Positions 27,160-36,390 of a stretch of DNA of 40,503 bases are shown here, piece by piece. Every line of letters starts with the position of its first letter. Position 1 is the stretch's first letter. The notes beneath the pieces are model-generated. The model searched no databases. It was not told the DNA's origin and worked only from the letters and a program-made list of their open reading frames with translations. Made by a program: the position numbers and the translations under genes. Origin of the DNA: Candidatus Geohabitans tengchongensis (lineage in GTDB: Bacteria; Sysuimicrobiota; Sysuimicrobiia; Sysuimicrobiales; Humicultoraceae); contig JAVKIH010000021.1 in the NCBI GenBank assembly GCA_031459625.1, positions 1 through 40,503 of the forward strand, written 5' to 3'.

Positions 27160-27668
27160 CCCACGATCGCATCGGCCGACAGCTCTCGGCCTACCTCGAC
27201 CGGGAGCTCACCCCGGAGGAGGCCAGGGCCGTGGAGCGCCACCTGGACGGCTGCCCTGCCTGCCGGGAGGAGCTGGAGGCGTTGCGCCAGACCAGGGCCT
27301 TGCTGCGCGCTCTCCCCGAGCGGCCGCTGCCGGAGGACTTCTGGCCGGAGCTGCGGCGGACGCTCCAGCGGGAGGCCGCACCCCGGACCCGGGGCCTGCC
27401 GGCGGTGCGGGCGTGGCTCGACGCCATCCGCGCGCGCCCGGCCCCGGCGCTGGCCGTGGTCGCCGTCGTGCTGCTGCTCGCGGTGACGCTGGTGCGCGGG
27501 CAGCTCGACCGCCTGCGGGCCGCCGAGTTCGGGCTCGACCTGCTGGTGCGCGAGCACGCGATCACCGTGGCCGCGGACGACCCGCTGGCCGACCCGGCCT
27601 ACCTGGGCTTCGTCGTCACCCAGGCCAACCTGGCCCTGGTGGGCGCGACGGAGGAGGCCCGCCGGTGA
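27156..27668 (+). CDS. Zinc-binding (ZAS, zf-HC2) transmembrane anti-sigma factor
   Basis: LSAYLD.EL...E...V..HL..CPAC (HxxxCxxC), one TM helix, ATGA overlap with the sigma gene. Confidence 0.9.
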   Translation: MTHDRIGRQLSAYLDRELTPEEARAVERHLDGCPACREELEALRQTRALLRALPERPLPEDFWPELRRTLQREAAPRTRGLPAVRAWLDAIRARPAPALAVVAVVLLLAVTLVRGQLDRLRAAEFGLDLLVREHAITVAADDPLADPAYLGFVVTQANLALVGATEEARR

Positions 27669-28759
27669 GCGGCGGCGTCCGGAGGCGATGCCGGGTGGCG
27701 GGCGAAGCCCTGAGGGGTCGCGTCGGCCTGGCGGCGGTGACGGCGGCCGCGCTGACGGTCCTGGTCCTCGCGGCAGCGGCGGGCGTCGCGGCAGTGCAGG
27801 GGCGAGAGGCGCCGCTGTCGGCCGAGGCCATCGTCCGCAGCGTCATCCTGGCGCCCAGCGTGATCGACTACGAGGGGACGAAGGTCATCTCCACGTCACG
27901 AGGCGGTGTGGCGGAGACGATCACCCTCCAGGAGCTGCACAAGCGGCCGAACAAGCTGCGGCTGCAGTTCCTCACCCCGGACGAGGCTGCCGGGCGGCTG
28001 GTGGTGGACAACGGCGTCGAAGCCTGGCACTACGAACCGGCGCTGCACACCGCCTTCCAGGGCCCCAGCCTGACCCGGCAGCCGCACGACCCCGAGCGGG
28101 CCCTGCGCGACCTGCGCGCCGGCTACAGGATGACCGTCGAGGGGACGGAGGAGGTGCTCGGCCGTCCGACCTTCGTCGTGGCGCTGGCCCACCGGCGCGG
28201 CGGGATGGTGCGACGGCTGTGGGTCGACCAGGCCACCGGGACGCCCCTGCGCGTCGAGGAGCGCCGCGCCGGCGAGGTCGTCTACCTGGCCTACTTCACG
28301 CGTATCTCCTTCAGCCTCAACCTGCCCGAGGCGCTCTTCCGCTTCCGGGCGCCCGCCGGCGCGCGCATCTTCCCGCTCTTCCCTGAAGAGGAGCGGCTGG
28401 CGCCGCTGGGCGTGGTCGAGCGGCAGGCCGGATTCGCCATCCTGCGCCCCGGGCCGCCGCCGGCGGGCTGGCGCCTGCGCGGCGCCGCGCTGGTGCGCTA
28501 CGGCTCGGTGAGCGGCGTCCACCTGCGCTACGAGGGCGGGGCGGGACCGGTCTCGCTCTTCCAGGTGCCCGCCCGCCGCCTGGCCGCGCACGACTTCCAG
28601 GCCGGCCGGGCGGTCGTACACGGCGCCCGGACCTACCGGGTGCTGGAGGTGGGGCCGTTCCTGCTGGTCACCTGGGAAGCGCGCGGGGTGCGGCTGGTCG
28701 TGGCCGGGAGCGCCCCGCTGGGGATCCTCCTCGACCTGGCCGCGCGGGTGGGCGGATGA
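27665..28759 (+). CDS. MucB/RseB-like (LolA-fold) extracytoplasmic sigma-regulatory protein
   Basis: Signal/TM segment; motifs DYEG, P.KLRL, V.NG...W.Y.P, E.VLGR, LWVD..TG.PLR, LF.F..P.GA. Follows the anti-sigma gene. Confidence 0.7.
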   Translation: MSGGVRRRCRVAGEALRGRVGLAAVTAAALTVLVLAAAAGVAAVQGREAPLSAEAIVRSVILAPSVIDYEGTKVISTSRGGVAETITLQELHKRPNKLRLQFLTPDEAAGRLVVDNGVEAWHYEPALHTAFQGPSLTRQPHDPERALRDLRAGYRMTVEGTEEVLGRPTFVVALAHRRGGMVRRLWVDQATGTPLRVEERRAGEVVYLAYFTRISFSLNLPEALFRFRAPAGARIFPLFPEEERLAPLGVVERQAGFAILRPGPPPAGWRLRGAALVRYGSVSGVHLRYEGGAGPVSLFQVPARRLAAHDFQAGRAVVHGARTYRVLEVGPFLLVTWEARGVRLVVAGSAPLGILLDLAARVGG

Positions 28760-29568
28760 GGATGCGCCCGGGTGCCCCGGCCCTGGCTCTGGTACTGGTG
28801 GTCCTGCTCGCGGCGGGGACGGTGCCAGCGCTCTCCCTGCACGCGGCGCCCCACCGGGGGAAGGGGCGCGGGGCGGAGGAACCGCTGGGGCTCGTGCGTC
28901 TGCGCGGCGTGGTGGTGGCGGTCAGCCCGTCGGTCCTCACCCTCCGCCTGGCCGAGGGGGGGACCGTGACCTGCCGCCTCGTGGAGGGGACGCGCATCGG
29001 CGGGCGGACGCGGCTGGTCCCGGGGCTGGTCGTGGAGGTGCGGGCGGTGCGGGTCGCCGGAGGCCTGGTGGCCCTCGTCGTGGGAGTTCCCGAGGCACGC
29101 GGTCCGGCCCGCACCGCCCGTCTTTTCAGTGCGACGGGCGCCGTCGAGGGCGTGGCCATCGCCGTAGGGGAGCGGACGCTCTCGGTGCTGCGGGCCGACA
29201 ACACGCTGCTCACCGTCCTCCTCACCGGGACCACGCAGCTCCGGGGGGCGCCGTCGGTCCCCCGGCTGGCCGTCGTGGAGGTGGTGGGGACGGCGAACGC
29301 CGACGGCTCCGTCAGCGCGCGCACCGTGACGGTGCGCTTCGACCCCCGCCGCGCCACCCAGGTGAGCGGCCGCGTGGCCGTGGCCTGGGACGGCACGGGG
29401 TTCGTCCTCTCCGGCGGGGCGATCGTCACCGTGGACGAGGAGACCTGGGTATTGTGGGGCGCGGCGCTGCGCCCCATGGCGTTCATCGCGCCGGGGATGC
29501 GGGCGACGGTGTGGGGGGAGGGGCGTCCGCCCGTGGTCGCCGCGCGGGTCGTCCAGCTGGCCCCCTGA
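28756..29568 (+). CDS. Secreted protein with three repeated beta-rich modules (DUF5666-like)
   Basis: Signal peptide plus three G.V.AV...(T.I/L)...L..G..VEV.G-type repeats. Confidence 0.6.
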   Translation: MRMRPGAPALALVLVVLLAAGTVPALSLHAAPHRGKGRGAEEPLGLVRLRGVVVAVSPSVLTLRLAEGGTVTCRLVEGTRIGGRTRLVPGLVVEVRAVRVAGGLVALVVGVPEARGPARTARLFSATGAVEGVAIAVGERTLSVLRADNTLLTVLLTGTTQLRGAPSVPRLAVVEVVGTANADGSVSARTVTVRFDPRRATQVSGRVAVAWDGTGFVLSGGAIVTVDEETWVLWGAALRPMAFIAPGMRATVWGEGRPPVVAARVVQLAP

Positions 29569-29570
29569 TC

Positions 29571-30497
29571 GTGGTCGACCTGCACGCCGACACGCTGCTC
29601 GACCTGGCCGCCGGGCGGCGCGACCTGGCGGGCGGCGGCCTGGGACACGTCGACCTCCCGCGGCTGCACCAGGGGGGCGTGACCGTGCAGGTCTTCGCCG
29701 CATTCGTCCACCCCCGCGAGGCCCTCCACGGCCCCGCCCGCCTGGCCGAGCTCCTCACAGCCTTCCAGGCAGCGCTGCGCCGTCACGCCCCAGCGGTGGC
29801 GCACGTGCGCACGATGGCGGACCTGGAGGCGGCGGTGGGTGCCGGTCGGGTGGCGGCGGTGGTGAGCGTGGAGAACCTCGGCGACGCGCTGGCGGGCCGG
29901 GAGGAGGCAGTGGCGGACCTGGTGCGCGCGGGCGTGCGCATGGCCGGCCTCACCTGGAACTTCCCGAACCCGCTCGCCGACGGGGCGCTCGAGCAGCGCC
30001 ACGGCGGCCTCACGGCGCTGGGCCGTCGGGTGGTCCGCCGCCTGGAGCGCGAGGGGATCGTCGTCGACGTCTCCCACCTCTCCGAGGCGGCCTTCTGGCA
30101 GGTGCTGGAGGTGACGACGGGGCCGGTCGTGGCCAGCCACTCCAATGCCGCGGCCGTCCACCCCCACCGCCGCAACCTCACCGACGCGCAGCTGCGGGCC
30201 ATCGCCGCGCGGGACGGGGTGGTGGGCGTGAACTTCTACCCGCCCTTCCTGGGGGCGCCCACTCTGGAGCGCGTCGTGGCGCACATCGACCACATGGCGG
30301 AGGTGATGGGGGTGCGCCACGTCGCCCTGGGCTCAGATTTCGACGGGATCACGCAGGTCCCGGCAGGGCTGGAGGAGGTGAGCCGCCTGCCCAACCTGAC
30401 CAGGGCGCTGGTGGACCGGGGCTACGCGGGCGAGGCGGTGGCGCGGATCCTGGGGCAAAACGCCCTCCGCGTCTTCCGGAGGGTGTGGGGCCGTTAG
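29571..30497 (+). CDS. Membrane dipeptidase family (peptidase M19)
   Basis: Motifs DLHADT, HVDLPRL..GG, LTWN, GLT.LG, DVSHLS, ASHSN, RNLTD, LGSDFDG. Confidence 0.9.
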   Translation: MVDLHADTLLDLAAGRRDLAGGGLGHVDLPRLHQGGVTVQVFAAFVHPREALHGPARLAELLTAFQAALRRHAPAVAHVRTMADLEAAVGAGRVAAVVSVENLGDALAGREEAVADLVRAGVRMAGLTWNFPNPLADGALEQRHGGLTALGRRVVRRLEREGIVVDVSHLSEAAFWQVLEVTTGPVVASHSNAAAVHPHRRNLTDAQLRAIAARDGVVGVNFYPPFLGAPTLERVVAHIDHMAEVMGVRHVALGSDFDGITQVPAGLEEVSRLPNLTRALVDRGYAGEAVARILGQNALRVFRRVWGR

Positions 30498-31381
30498 GCC
30501 CGGCCGGCCCAGGTGAGGACCGCCTCCCGCACGATCGAGGCCGCGACTACCGCCGTCCGAGCCGACGGATCATAGGCGGGCGCGACCTCCACCACGTCCA
30601 ACCCCACCACGCGGAGCGGGGCCATCACCCGGAGGAGGTCCAGCAATGCCTGCGTGCGCGGGCCCGCGGGTTCGGGGTTGGCCGTCCCCGGGGCGTCGGC
30701 AGGGTCGAGCACGTCGATGTCGACGGAGAGGTAGAGGGGATGCCCCTCCAGACGTGCCCACGCCCCCGGGGGCAGGTGCAGCCGCCGCTCTGCGAACGCC
30801 AGCCCCGCCGCGTCCGCGAACTCCTGCCGGGTCCCCGCGCGCACGCCCAGCACCCCCAGGCGGCTCCACCCCACCGTCTCCGCCAGCCGGCGCACCGTGG
30901 TGGCGTGGGACCAGCGCTCCCCCTCGTAGGCGTCGCGCAGGTCCAGGTGGGCGTCCAGGACCACCACGCCCAGGTCCGGGTGGCGGGCGGCCAGGGCCCG
31001 GACCGCCCCCACGCTCACCGTGTGGTCGCCGCCCAGCAGCACCGGCAGCCCCTGCGCCGCCGCCACCGCCGCAGCCACCGCCTCCACCATGGCCTCAGGG
31101 GAGCGCAGCGCCACGTCGAGGTCTCCGGCGTCGAGAAGCGCCAGCTCCTCGAGGTCGCGTCCCAGCACGGGACTGTACGACTCGATGGACTGTGACGCCC
31201 ACCGCACCGCGGCGGGGCCGTCGCGGGCCCCACGGCGGAAGCTGGCGGTGCGGTCGTACGGGACGCCGAGCAGCGTCGCCGCAGGCGGGCGTGCGTGGTC
31301 TGAGGCGCCGGTCGGCCCTGTCGGGGCGAGCCCGGGGCGAGGCGTGTCGGGCTGCCCTGCCGGTCGGGCCGCCAGGAACAC
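30494..31381 (-). CDS. speB: Agmatinase / N1-aminopropylagmatine ureohydrolase
   Basis: Motifs GVPYD.T.S.R.G...GP, LGGDH, DAHLD, SVDIDVLDP..APGT, DVVEV.P. GTG start at 31381. Confidence 0.9.
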   Translation of the reverse strand: MFLAARPAGQPDTPRPGLAPTGPTGASDHARPPAATLLGVPYDRTASFRRGARDGPAAVRWASQSIESYSPVLGRDLEELALLDAGDLDVALRSPEAMVEAVAAAVAAAQGLPVLLGGDHTVSVGAVRALAARHPDLGVVVLDAHLDLRDAYEGERWSHATTVRRLAETVGWSRLGVLGVRAGTRQEFADAAGLAFAERRLHLPPGAWARLEGHPLYLSVDIDVLDPADAPGTANPEPAGPRTQALLDLLRVMAPLRVVGLDVVEVAPAYDPSARTAVVAASIVREAVLTWAGRA

Positions 31382-31382
31382 C

Positions 31383-32246
31383 TCAGGCGGACGGCCCCTC
31401 CTGCGGAATGCCGAGGTCCCGGGCCAGAAAGGGGGGCAGGCGGAAGGCGGCGGCGTGGCCGTGGGGCGTGTAGTACTGCAGGCCAAAGCCGGCCGTGCGG
31501 CGGGCCACGGTCTCCGCGGGGACGGCGGCCGGGTCGCCGGCGCGCGAGCCCATGGTGAAGGTCCACAGCACGCCCGGGTAGGTGGGGACGGGGGCCAGGT
31601 AGGTGGCCACCGTGGGGAAGAGGGCGGCCAGGTGCGTCCGCACGTCCCGGATCACCTGCTGCTGGTAGAGCGGGGAGCCGCTCTGCACGGCGATGATCCC
31701 CCGCGGGGTGAGCGCCCGCGCCGCGTCGGCGTAGAAGGCGCGGCTGAAGAGCCCCACCGCCGGGCCCTTGGGGTCGGTGGAGTCCACCAGGATGACGTCG
31801 AAGCGCTCCTCGGTCTCCCGCAGGAAGGCCACCCCGTCGCCGATCACTACGCGCGTGCGCGGGTCGTCGAAGGCGCCCCCCGGGATGGCCGGCAGGAAGC
31901 GGCGCGTGACCTCGACGACCTCCCGGTCGATCTCCACCATCACCGCCGCCTCCAGCGGGTGTTTCAGCGCCTCCTCCAGCAGCCCCCCGTCCCCGCCGCC
32001 GATGATGAGCAGGCGGCGCGGGGCGGGGTGGGTCACGAGCGGCGGGTGGGCCAGCATCTCGTGGTAGATGAACTCGTCCCGCTCGGTGGTCTGCACCGCC
32101 TCGTCCAGGATGAGCATGCGGCCGAAGTCGGCGTTCTGGACGACGCGGATCTCCTGGTAGGGCGAGCGGCCCCGGTAGAGCTCGGCGTCGATGCGGTAGG
32201 TGTGGGCGAAGCTCTCGCCCCCGGGGTCGGTGAGCCAGGCGGTCAC
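31383..32246 (-). CDS. speE: Polyamine aminopropyltransferase (spermidine synthase family)
   Basis: Motifs SPYQ.I, L.LD...Q..E.DEFIYHEML.H, IIGGGDGG, VEID, DG..FL, DSTDP. Confidence 0.93.
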   Translation of the reverse strand: MTAWLTDPGGESFAHTYRIDAELYRGRSPYQEIRVVQNADFGRMLILDEAVQTTERDEFIYHEMLAHPPLVTHPAPRRLLIIGGGDGGLLEEALKHPLEAAVMVEIDREVVEVTRRFLPAIPGGAFDDPRTRVVIGDGVAFLRETEERFDVILVDSTDPKGPAVGLFSRAFYADAARALTPRGIIAVQSGSPLYQQQVIRDVRTHLAALFPTVATYLAPVPTYPGVLWTFTMGSRAGDPAAVPAETVARRTAGFGLQYYTPHGHAAAFRLPPFLARDLGIPQEGPSA

Positions 32247-32725
32247 GGCGCCGGTCCGGTGGGCGTGGGCCAGAAGAGCGCCAGGGCCACCACGCAGCCC
32301 ACCCGCTCCACGGTGTGCTCGCTCGCGGCGACGGCCACCTCTTCGAGCTCCAGCCCGCGCTGGTGGAAGGCTTCCCGCACCATGCGGCGCACCACCGCCT
32401 CAGCGTTCTCGGCGGTACCGGTGTGGGAGTGCTCCATGATGACGCCGTGCCCGTCCCCCCGGCTGATGCCCACCCCGATAGCGGCGGCGATGCGCTCGCC
32501 GGCCGTGTGGCTGATGATGCGCGCGTAGACCGCCGGGACGAGCAGCCCCGGCGGGAACGGCGGGGTGGTGATGAGGCGCGCGCCCGCGGGGAGAATGCTG
32601 GTGACGCGGATGAAGTTCAGGTCGGCCACGCCGGCGGCGGCCAGGGCCTGGTCGAAGGCATTCAGCGCAGTGATGCCCTCACCGGCACCGGCGGCCAGAC
32701 TGACGGCTCGGGGCAGCTGCCACAC
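32243..32725 (-). CDS. pdaD: Pyruvoyl-dependent arginine decarboxylase
   Basis: Motifs G.GEG...LNAFD.AL..AGV..LN and the self-cleavage site RVT-SILP, G..I.AA, G.IME. Confidence 0.85.
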   Translation of the reverse strand: MWQLPRAVSLAAGAGEGITALNAFDQALAAAGVADLNFIRVTSILPAGARLITTPPFPPGLLVPAVYARIISHTAGERIAAAIGVGISRGDGHGVIMEHSHTGTAENAEAVVRRMVREAFHQRGLELEEVAVAASEHTVERVGCVVALALFWPTPTGPAP

Positions 32726-32798
32726 GCCCCCCAGTCAAGCGGATGGGTCTGTGTGCCGTCAAGGGCAGCGGGGCGGGCAGGGCGAAGCAGGGAAGGGG

Positions 32799-33152
32799 AT
32801 GCGTCGTGTGGGCTGGGCGCCCGCCCTGGTGTGGGCAGCCGGGATCTTCCTGATGTCGGTGCGACCGCGGCCGCCGGAGCTGGGGGCGCTCAGCGACAAG
32901 TGGCTCCACGCGCTGGCCTACGCGGTCCTGGCGTGGCTCCTGCGGCCGCCCCTGGGGCGCACTCGGCGCGCAGGCCTGGTGGCGCTGCTCCTGGCGGTGC
33001 TCTACGGGGCCGGCCTCGAGCTGCTGCAGGGGTTCCTCCCCTGGCGGACGGCGGAGTGGACCGATCTCGTCGCCAACACCGCCGGGGCGGGCGTGGCCAC
33101 CGTGGTCGCCTCACCGCTCACCCGCACCGGCCGCGGGGAGGGCGGGCCGTGA
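32799..33152 (+). CDS. VanZ-family membrane protein
   Basis: Motifs W...IF..S, DK..H...Y..L, YG...E..Q.F.P.R.....D..AN..G. Confidence 0.85.
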   Translation: MRRVGWAPALVWAAGIFLMSVRPRPPELGALSDKWLHALAYAVLAWLLRPPLGRTRRAGLVALLLAVLYGAGLELLQGFLPWRTAEWTDLVANTAGAGVATVVASPLTRTGRGEGGP

Positions 33153-34849
33153 CCCGGCCGGCGCGGCGGCAGTCGACCCAGGTCCGCCTCCTAGCGGCGT
33201 GCTTCGCCGCCGGACTCCTCGCGCTCGGGTTCCCCCACCGGCCGCTCGCGGGCCAGGCGGCGGGCCCGGCGGGGTTCGCGCTGGGCCTCACCGAGCTCCC
33301 GCGGGAAGGACTCCCGCCGGCGGTGCGCCGGGCGGTGCGGTCGGTGAAGGTGCTCGCCGACTGGAGCGCCGTCGAGCCGGTGCAGGGCCGGTTTGAGTGG
33401 GGCGCCCTCGACCGCGCCGTGGCCGCCGCGCGCGAGCAGGGGCTGAGTCCCGTGGGGGTGCTGGCCTTCACCCCGCGCTGGGCCACACTAGCCACCGGGG
33501 CCGACCTCCAGCAGCCCGCCGTCTACACGCGCATGCCGCCCCGGCGCCTGGCCGACTGGGAACGCTTCGTGCGCGCCGCCGCCACCCGCTACCGCGCCGC
33601 GGTCTCGTCCTGGCAGGTCTGGACGGTCCCGAACCTCCCGCACTTCCGCGGGACGGCGGGGGAGTACGTGGCCCTCGTGCGCGCCGCCTGGCGGGTGCTG
33701 GCGGCCGTGGACCGGCAACACCGTCTCGTCCTGCCGTCCCCCGGGGGCATCGACCTGGTCCACGCTCGCCGGCTGGTGCAGGAGGCGGGGGAGGCTGTGG
33801 GCGTGGTGGAGGTGCGCGGCGACGGACGTGCGCCGGAGACGTGGCTGCGGCCGCTGGCCACCCTGCGCACTCGGGTCCTGCAGGGCAGGCCCCGTCCGCT
33901 ATGGCTGGAGTGGTCGGGCGCGCCGGCGGCGGGGGCGTTCCTGCGCGCCGTCGCCGTGCTCCGGGCCTCCGGCGTGGAGCGCCTCTTCCTGCCCCCCGAT
34001 CGGCTGCAGCGGCTGGAGCCCGCGGAGGCGGAGGCCGCGGCGTCGCTGGAGGCCCTGCCGTTTGCCGGCTACCTCGTGCGCGACCCCGGGACCTTCCTGC
34101 TGGTGTTTGGATCGGGCGACCGGTCGGTGCTGGTGGCGTGGCGGTCCCAGGGCGAGGCGGCGGTGGAGGTCCCGCTCCTCCCGTCCGCCCGCCTCCTCTC
34201 CCCTGCCGGCCCGCTGCCGCCGGCCTACGAGGGCCGCACGCGCCTGGGGCTCTCCGCGCGTCCCCTCGTGGTGGACGGGCTCGACCCCGCCCTGGTGCAG
34301 GAGGCGCAGGCCACGCTGGCGCAGCGCGGACCGCTCCTGCCGCCGCCCGCCGGCGGGCGCGACTACAGTGCGGCCGGGGAGGTGCGCATTCGCCTCGGCC
34401 CCCGGCCGGTCGAGGAGGGGCTCCTGCTGGTCCCGCCGCGGCGTCCCGAGACCGCCCTCGAGCCGGTGGAGGTGCTCGGGGAGGCGGCGCTGCGCACCAA
34501 CGGGCGGCGTGAGGCCGTCTTCCTCTACCTCGACGTGGACGACACCTTCCTCTTCTTCAACGACGGCCACTTCGTCGTGGAGGTGACCGTGGAGGTCCTG
34601 GGGGCGCGGCGCGACCGCACCGTCGGGTTCAACCTCCTCTACGACTCCGACAGCGGCTACCGCTTCACCCCCTGGCAGTGGGTGGAGGCCCGCGACGGCT
34701 GGGTCGCCTACACCCTCCGGCTGACCGACGCCGCCTTCGCCAACACGGCTGGATGGGACCTGGCGGTGAACGGGGGCGGCAACCGGATGGAAGAGCTGAC
34801 GCTGCGCAGCGTCGTGGTACGGAAGGTGCCGGGCGGCACCGGCCGCTGA
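33149..34849 (+). CDS. Secreted clan GH-A-like (GH39/GH5/GH42-type) protein with degenerate catalytic motif and C-terminal beta-sandwich-like domain
   Basis: Signal peptide; W..VEP..G.F.W..LD..V, TPRWA, PP....W..FV.....RY, WQVWTVPN (usually W-N-E-P). GTGA overlap with the VanZ-family gene. Confidence 0.7.
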   Translation: MTRPARRQSTQVRLLAACFAAGLLALGFPHRPLAGQAAGPAGFALGLTELPREGLPPAVRRAVRSVKVLADWSAVEPVQGRFEWGALDRAVAAAREQGLSPVGVLAFTPRWATLATGADLQQPAVYTRMPPRRLADWERFVRAAATRYRAAVSSWQVWTVPNLPHFRGTAGEYVALVRAAWRVLAAVDRQHRLVLPSPGGIDLVHARRLVQEAGEAVGVVEVRGDGRAPETWLRPLATLRTRVLQGRPRPLWLEWSGAPAAGAFLRAVAVLRASGVERLFLPPDRLQRLEPAEAEAAASLEALPFAGYLVRDPGTFLLVFGSGDRSVLVAWRSQGEAAVEVPLLPSARLLSPAGPLPPAYEGRTRLGLSARPLVVDGLDPALVQEAQATLAQRGPLLPPPAGGRDYSAAGEVRIRLGPRPVEEGLLLVPPRRPETALEPVEVLGEAALRTNGRREAVFLYLDVDDTFLFFNDGHFVVEVTVEVLGARRDRTVGFNLLYDSDSGYRFTPWQWVEARDGWVAYTLRLTDAAFANTAGWDLAVNGGGNRMEELTLRSVVVRKVPGGTGR

Positions 34850-35041
34850 GACGCGCGGCCGCCCCGTCCCGCCGCGGGACCGCTGCTCGCGGACTCCGGC
34901 AGGGAGGTCCCCGCCACCCGTCGAAGCCGGAGGTGCCCGGCCGGCGGCCGCTCACGAGGGAGGAGTTTGGGCTCCCTTGGACGCGCGTCGATGACGGCCG
35001 AGGGGGCGCGTGCTGGCCGCGCCGACGAGGGGGGAGAGGGC

Positions 35042-36310
35042 ATGAGCCGAGCGCGTCTGGGGACGGCCGTCCTGGCTGTCCTGCTGGCCGGCTGGATCCT
35101 GCCGGTCGCCGCCCAGGTTCCCGCGATTCCCGCGACCATCAAGGTGGGAGCGCTCTTCGACACCACCGGCCCCACCTCCGACGTGGGGGTGGACTACTCC
35201 AAGGGCGTCCTCGACCACGTCCGCTACATCAACGAGGTCCTGGGGGGCATCCGCGGGCGGGTGAAGATCGACCTGGTCTGGTCCGACTACGGCTACCGCA
35301 CGGCGGACGGCATCGCCCTGTACCGGAAGTACCGGGACGTGGACCGGGTCCAGGCGATCATCGGTTGGGGGACCAACGACACCGAGGCCCTCAAGGAGCA
35401 GGTGGCCGCCGACCAGATCCCCTTCATCTCCGCCTCCTACTCCTCGCACCTGAACGACCCGTCCAAGACGCCCTACAACTTCTACCCGGTCTCCTCCTAC
35501 TCCGACCAGCTGCGCGCCGTCCTGAAGTTCGCCCGCGAGCTGGCTCGCCGGGAGGGCCTCGCCCGGCCGAAGTTCGTCTTCGTCTACCCCGACCACCCCT
35601 ACGGGCGCGCCCCCATCCCCGCGGGCAAGGACTACGCGCGGGAGCTGGGCTTCGAGGTGCTGCCGGACCAGATCGTCGCCCTCACGGCGCTGGAGGCCCG
35701 GGCCCAGGTGAGCGCCATCCGCGCCGCCGGGGCGGACTTCGCCTGGTTCGGCGGCACGACCAACTCCGCCTCGGTCACCGTGCGCGACGCGAAGCAGGCG
35801 GGGCTGCGCACGCGGTGGTTCGTGAACGTCTGGGGCTTCGACGAGAACATGATCAAGCTCATCGGGCCCGCCGCCGAGGGCACCTACGGGAGCACGCCGC
35901 ACGTCTACTTCGGGGAGCCCGCCGCGGGGATGCGCACCATCTTCGACGCCTACCGCCGCTTCCAGGGCCGGGAGGTGCCGCGCTTCGAGTGGGGCACCAC
36001 CCAGACGCCCTACATCGCCTCCTACATCCGAGGCTGGCTGAACGTCTACCTGCTGCGGCGCGGCCTGGAGATCATCGTCGACAACTGGGCCACCTACGCG
36101 CGCCTGGGCGGCTTCGACGGCCCGGCCATCCGCTCGGCCATGGAGACCCTGACCAACTGGGACCCCGACGGCCTGGCGCCGCCCATCACCCTCAAGCGGG
36201 ACGACCACCGGCCGTCCACCACCACGCGCATCGTCCAGGTGCAGCAGGGGCGTATCCGGGTGGTGGAGACGGTCACCGTGGAGCGCCGCAAGGACTGGCT
36301 GGGCTACTGA
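35042..36310 (+). CDS. ABC transporter substrate-binding protein (LivK/PBP1 family)
   Basis: Signal peptide; IKVG.L.D.TGPTS.VG, D..Y, I.GWGT, YNF....YSDQ. Confidence 0.88.
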   Translation: MSRARLGTAVLAVLLAGWILPVAAQVPAIPATIKVGALFDTTGPTSDVGVDYSKGVLDHVRYINEVLGGIRGRVKIDLVWSDYGYRTADGIALYRKYRDVDRVQAIIGWGTNDTEALKEQVAADQIPFISASYSSHLNDPSKTPYNFYPVSSYSDQLRAVLKFARELARREGLARPKFVFVYPDHPYGRAPIPAGKDYARELGFEVLPDQIVALTALEARAQVSAIRAAGADFAWFGGTTNSASVTVRDAKQAGLRTRWFVNVWGFDENMIKLIGPAAEGTYGSTPHVYFGEPAAGMRTIFDAYRRFQGREVPRFEWGTTQTPYIASYIRGWLNVYLLRRGLEIIVDNWATYARLGGFDGPAIRSAMETLTNWDPDGLAPPITLKRDDHRPSTTTRIVQVQQGRIRVVETVTVERRKDWLGY

Positions 36311-36390
36311 CCGCGTCGGCGTCGGGCGCGGCGTCGCGATCCGCCGCGGCGTGGCGGCTGACCGGTGCCGTGCCCGACCCACCCTCCGCC

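Noticed and set aside
32590..32610. Thr-Ser rather than Ser-Ser at the pyruvoyl cleavage site as a sign of inactivation
   Set aside because: Thr-Ser cleavage sites occur in active chlamydial arginine decarboxylases.
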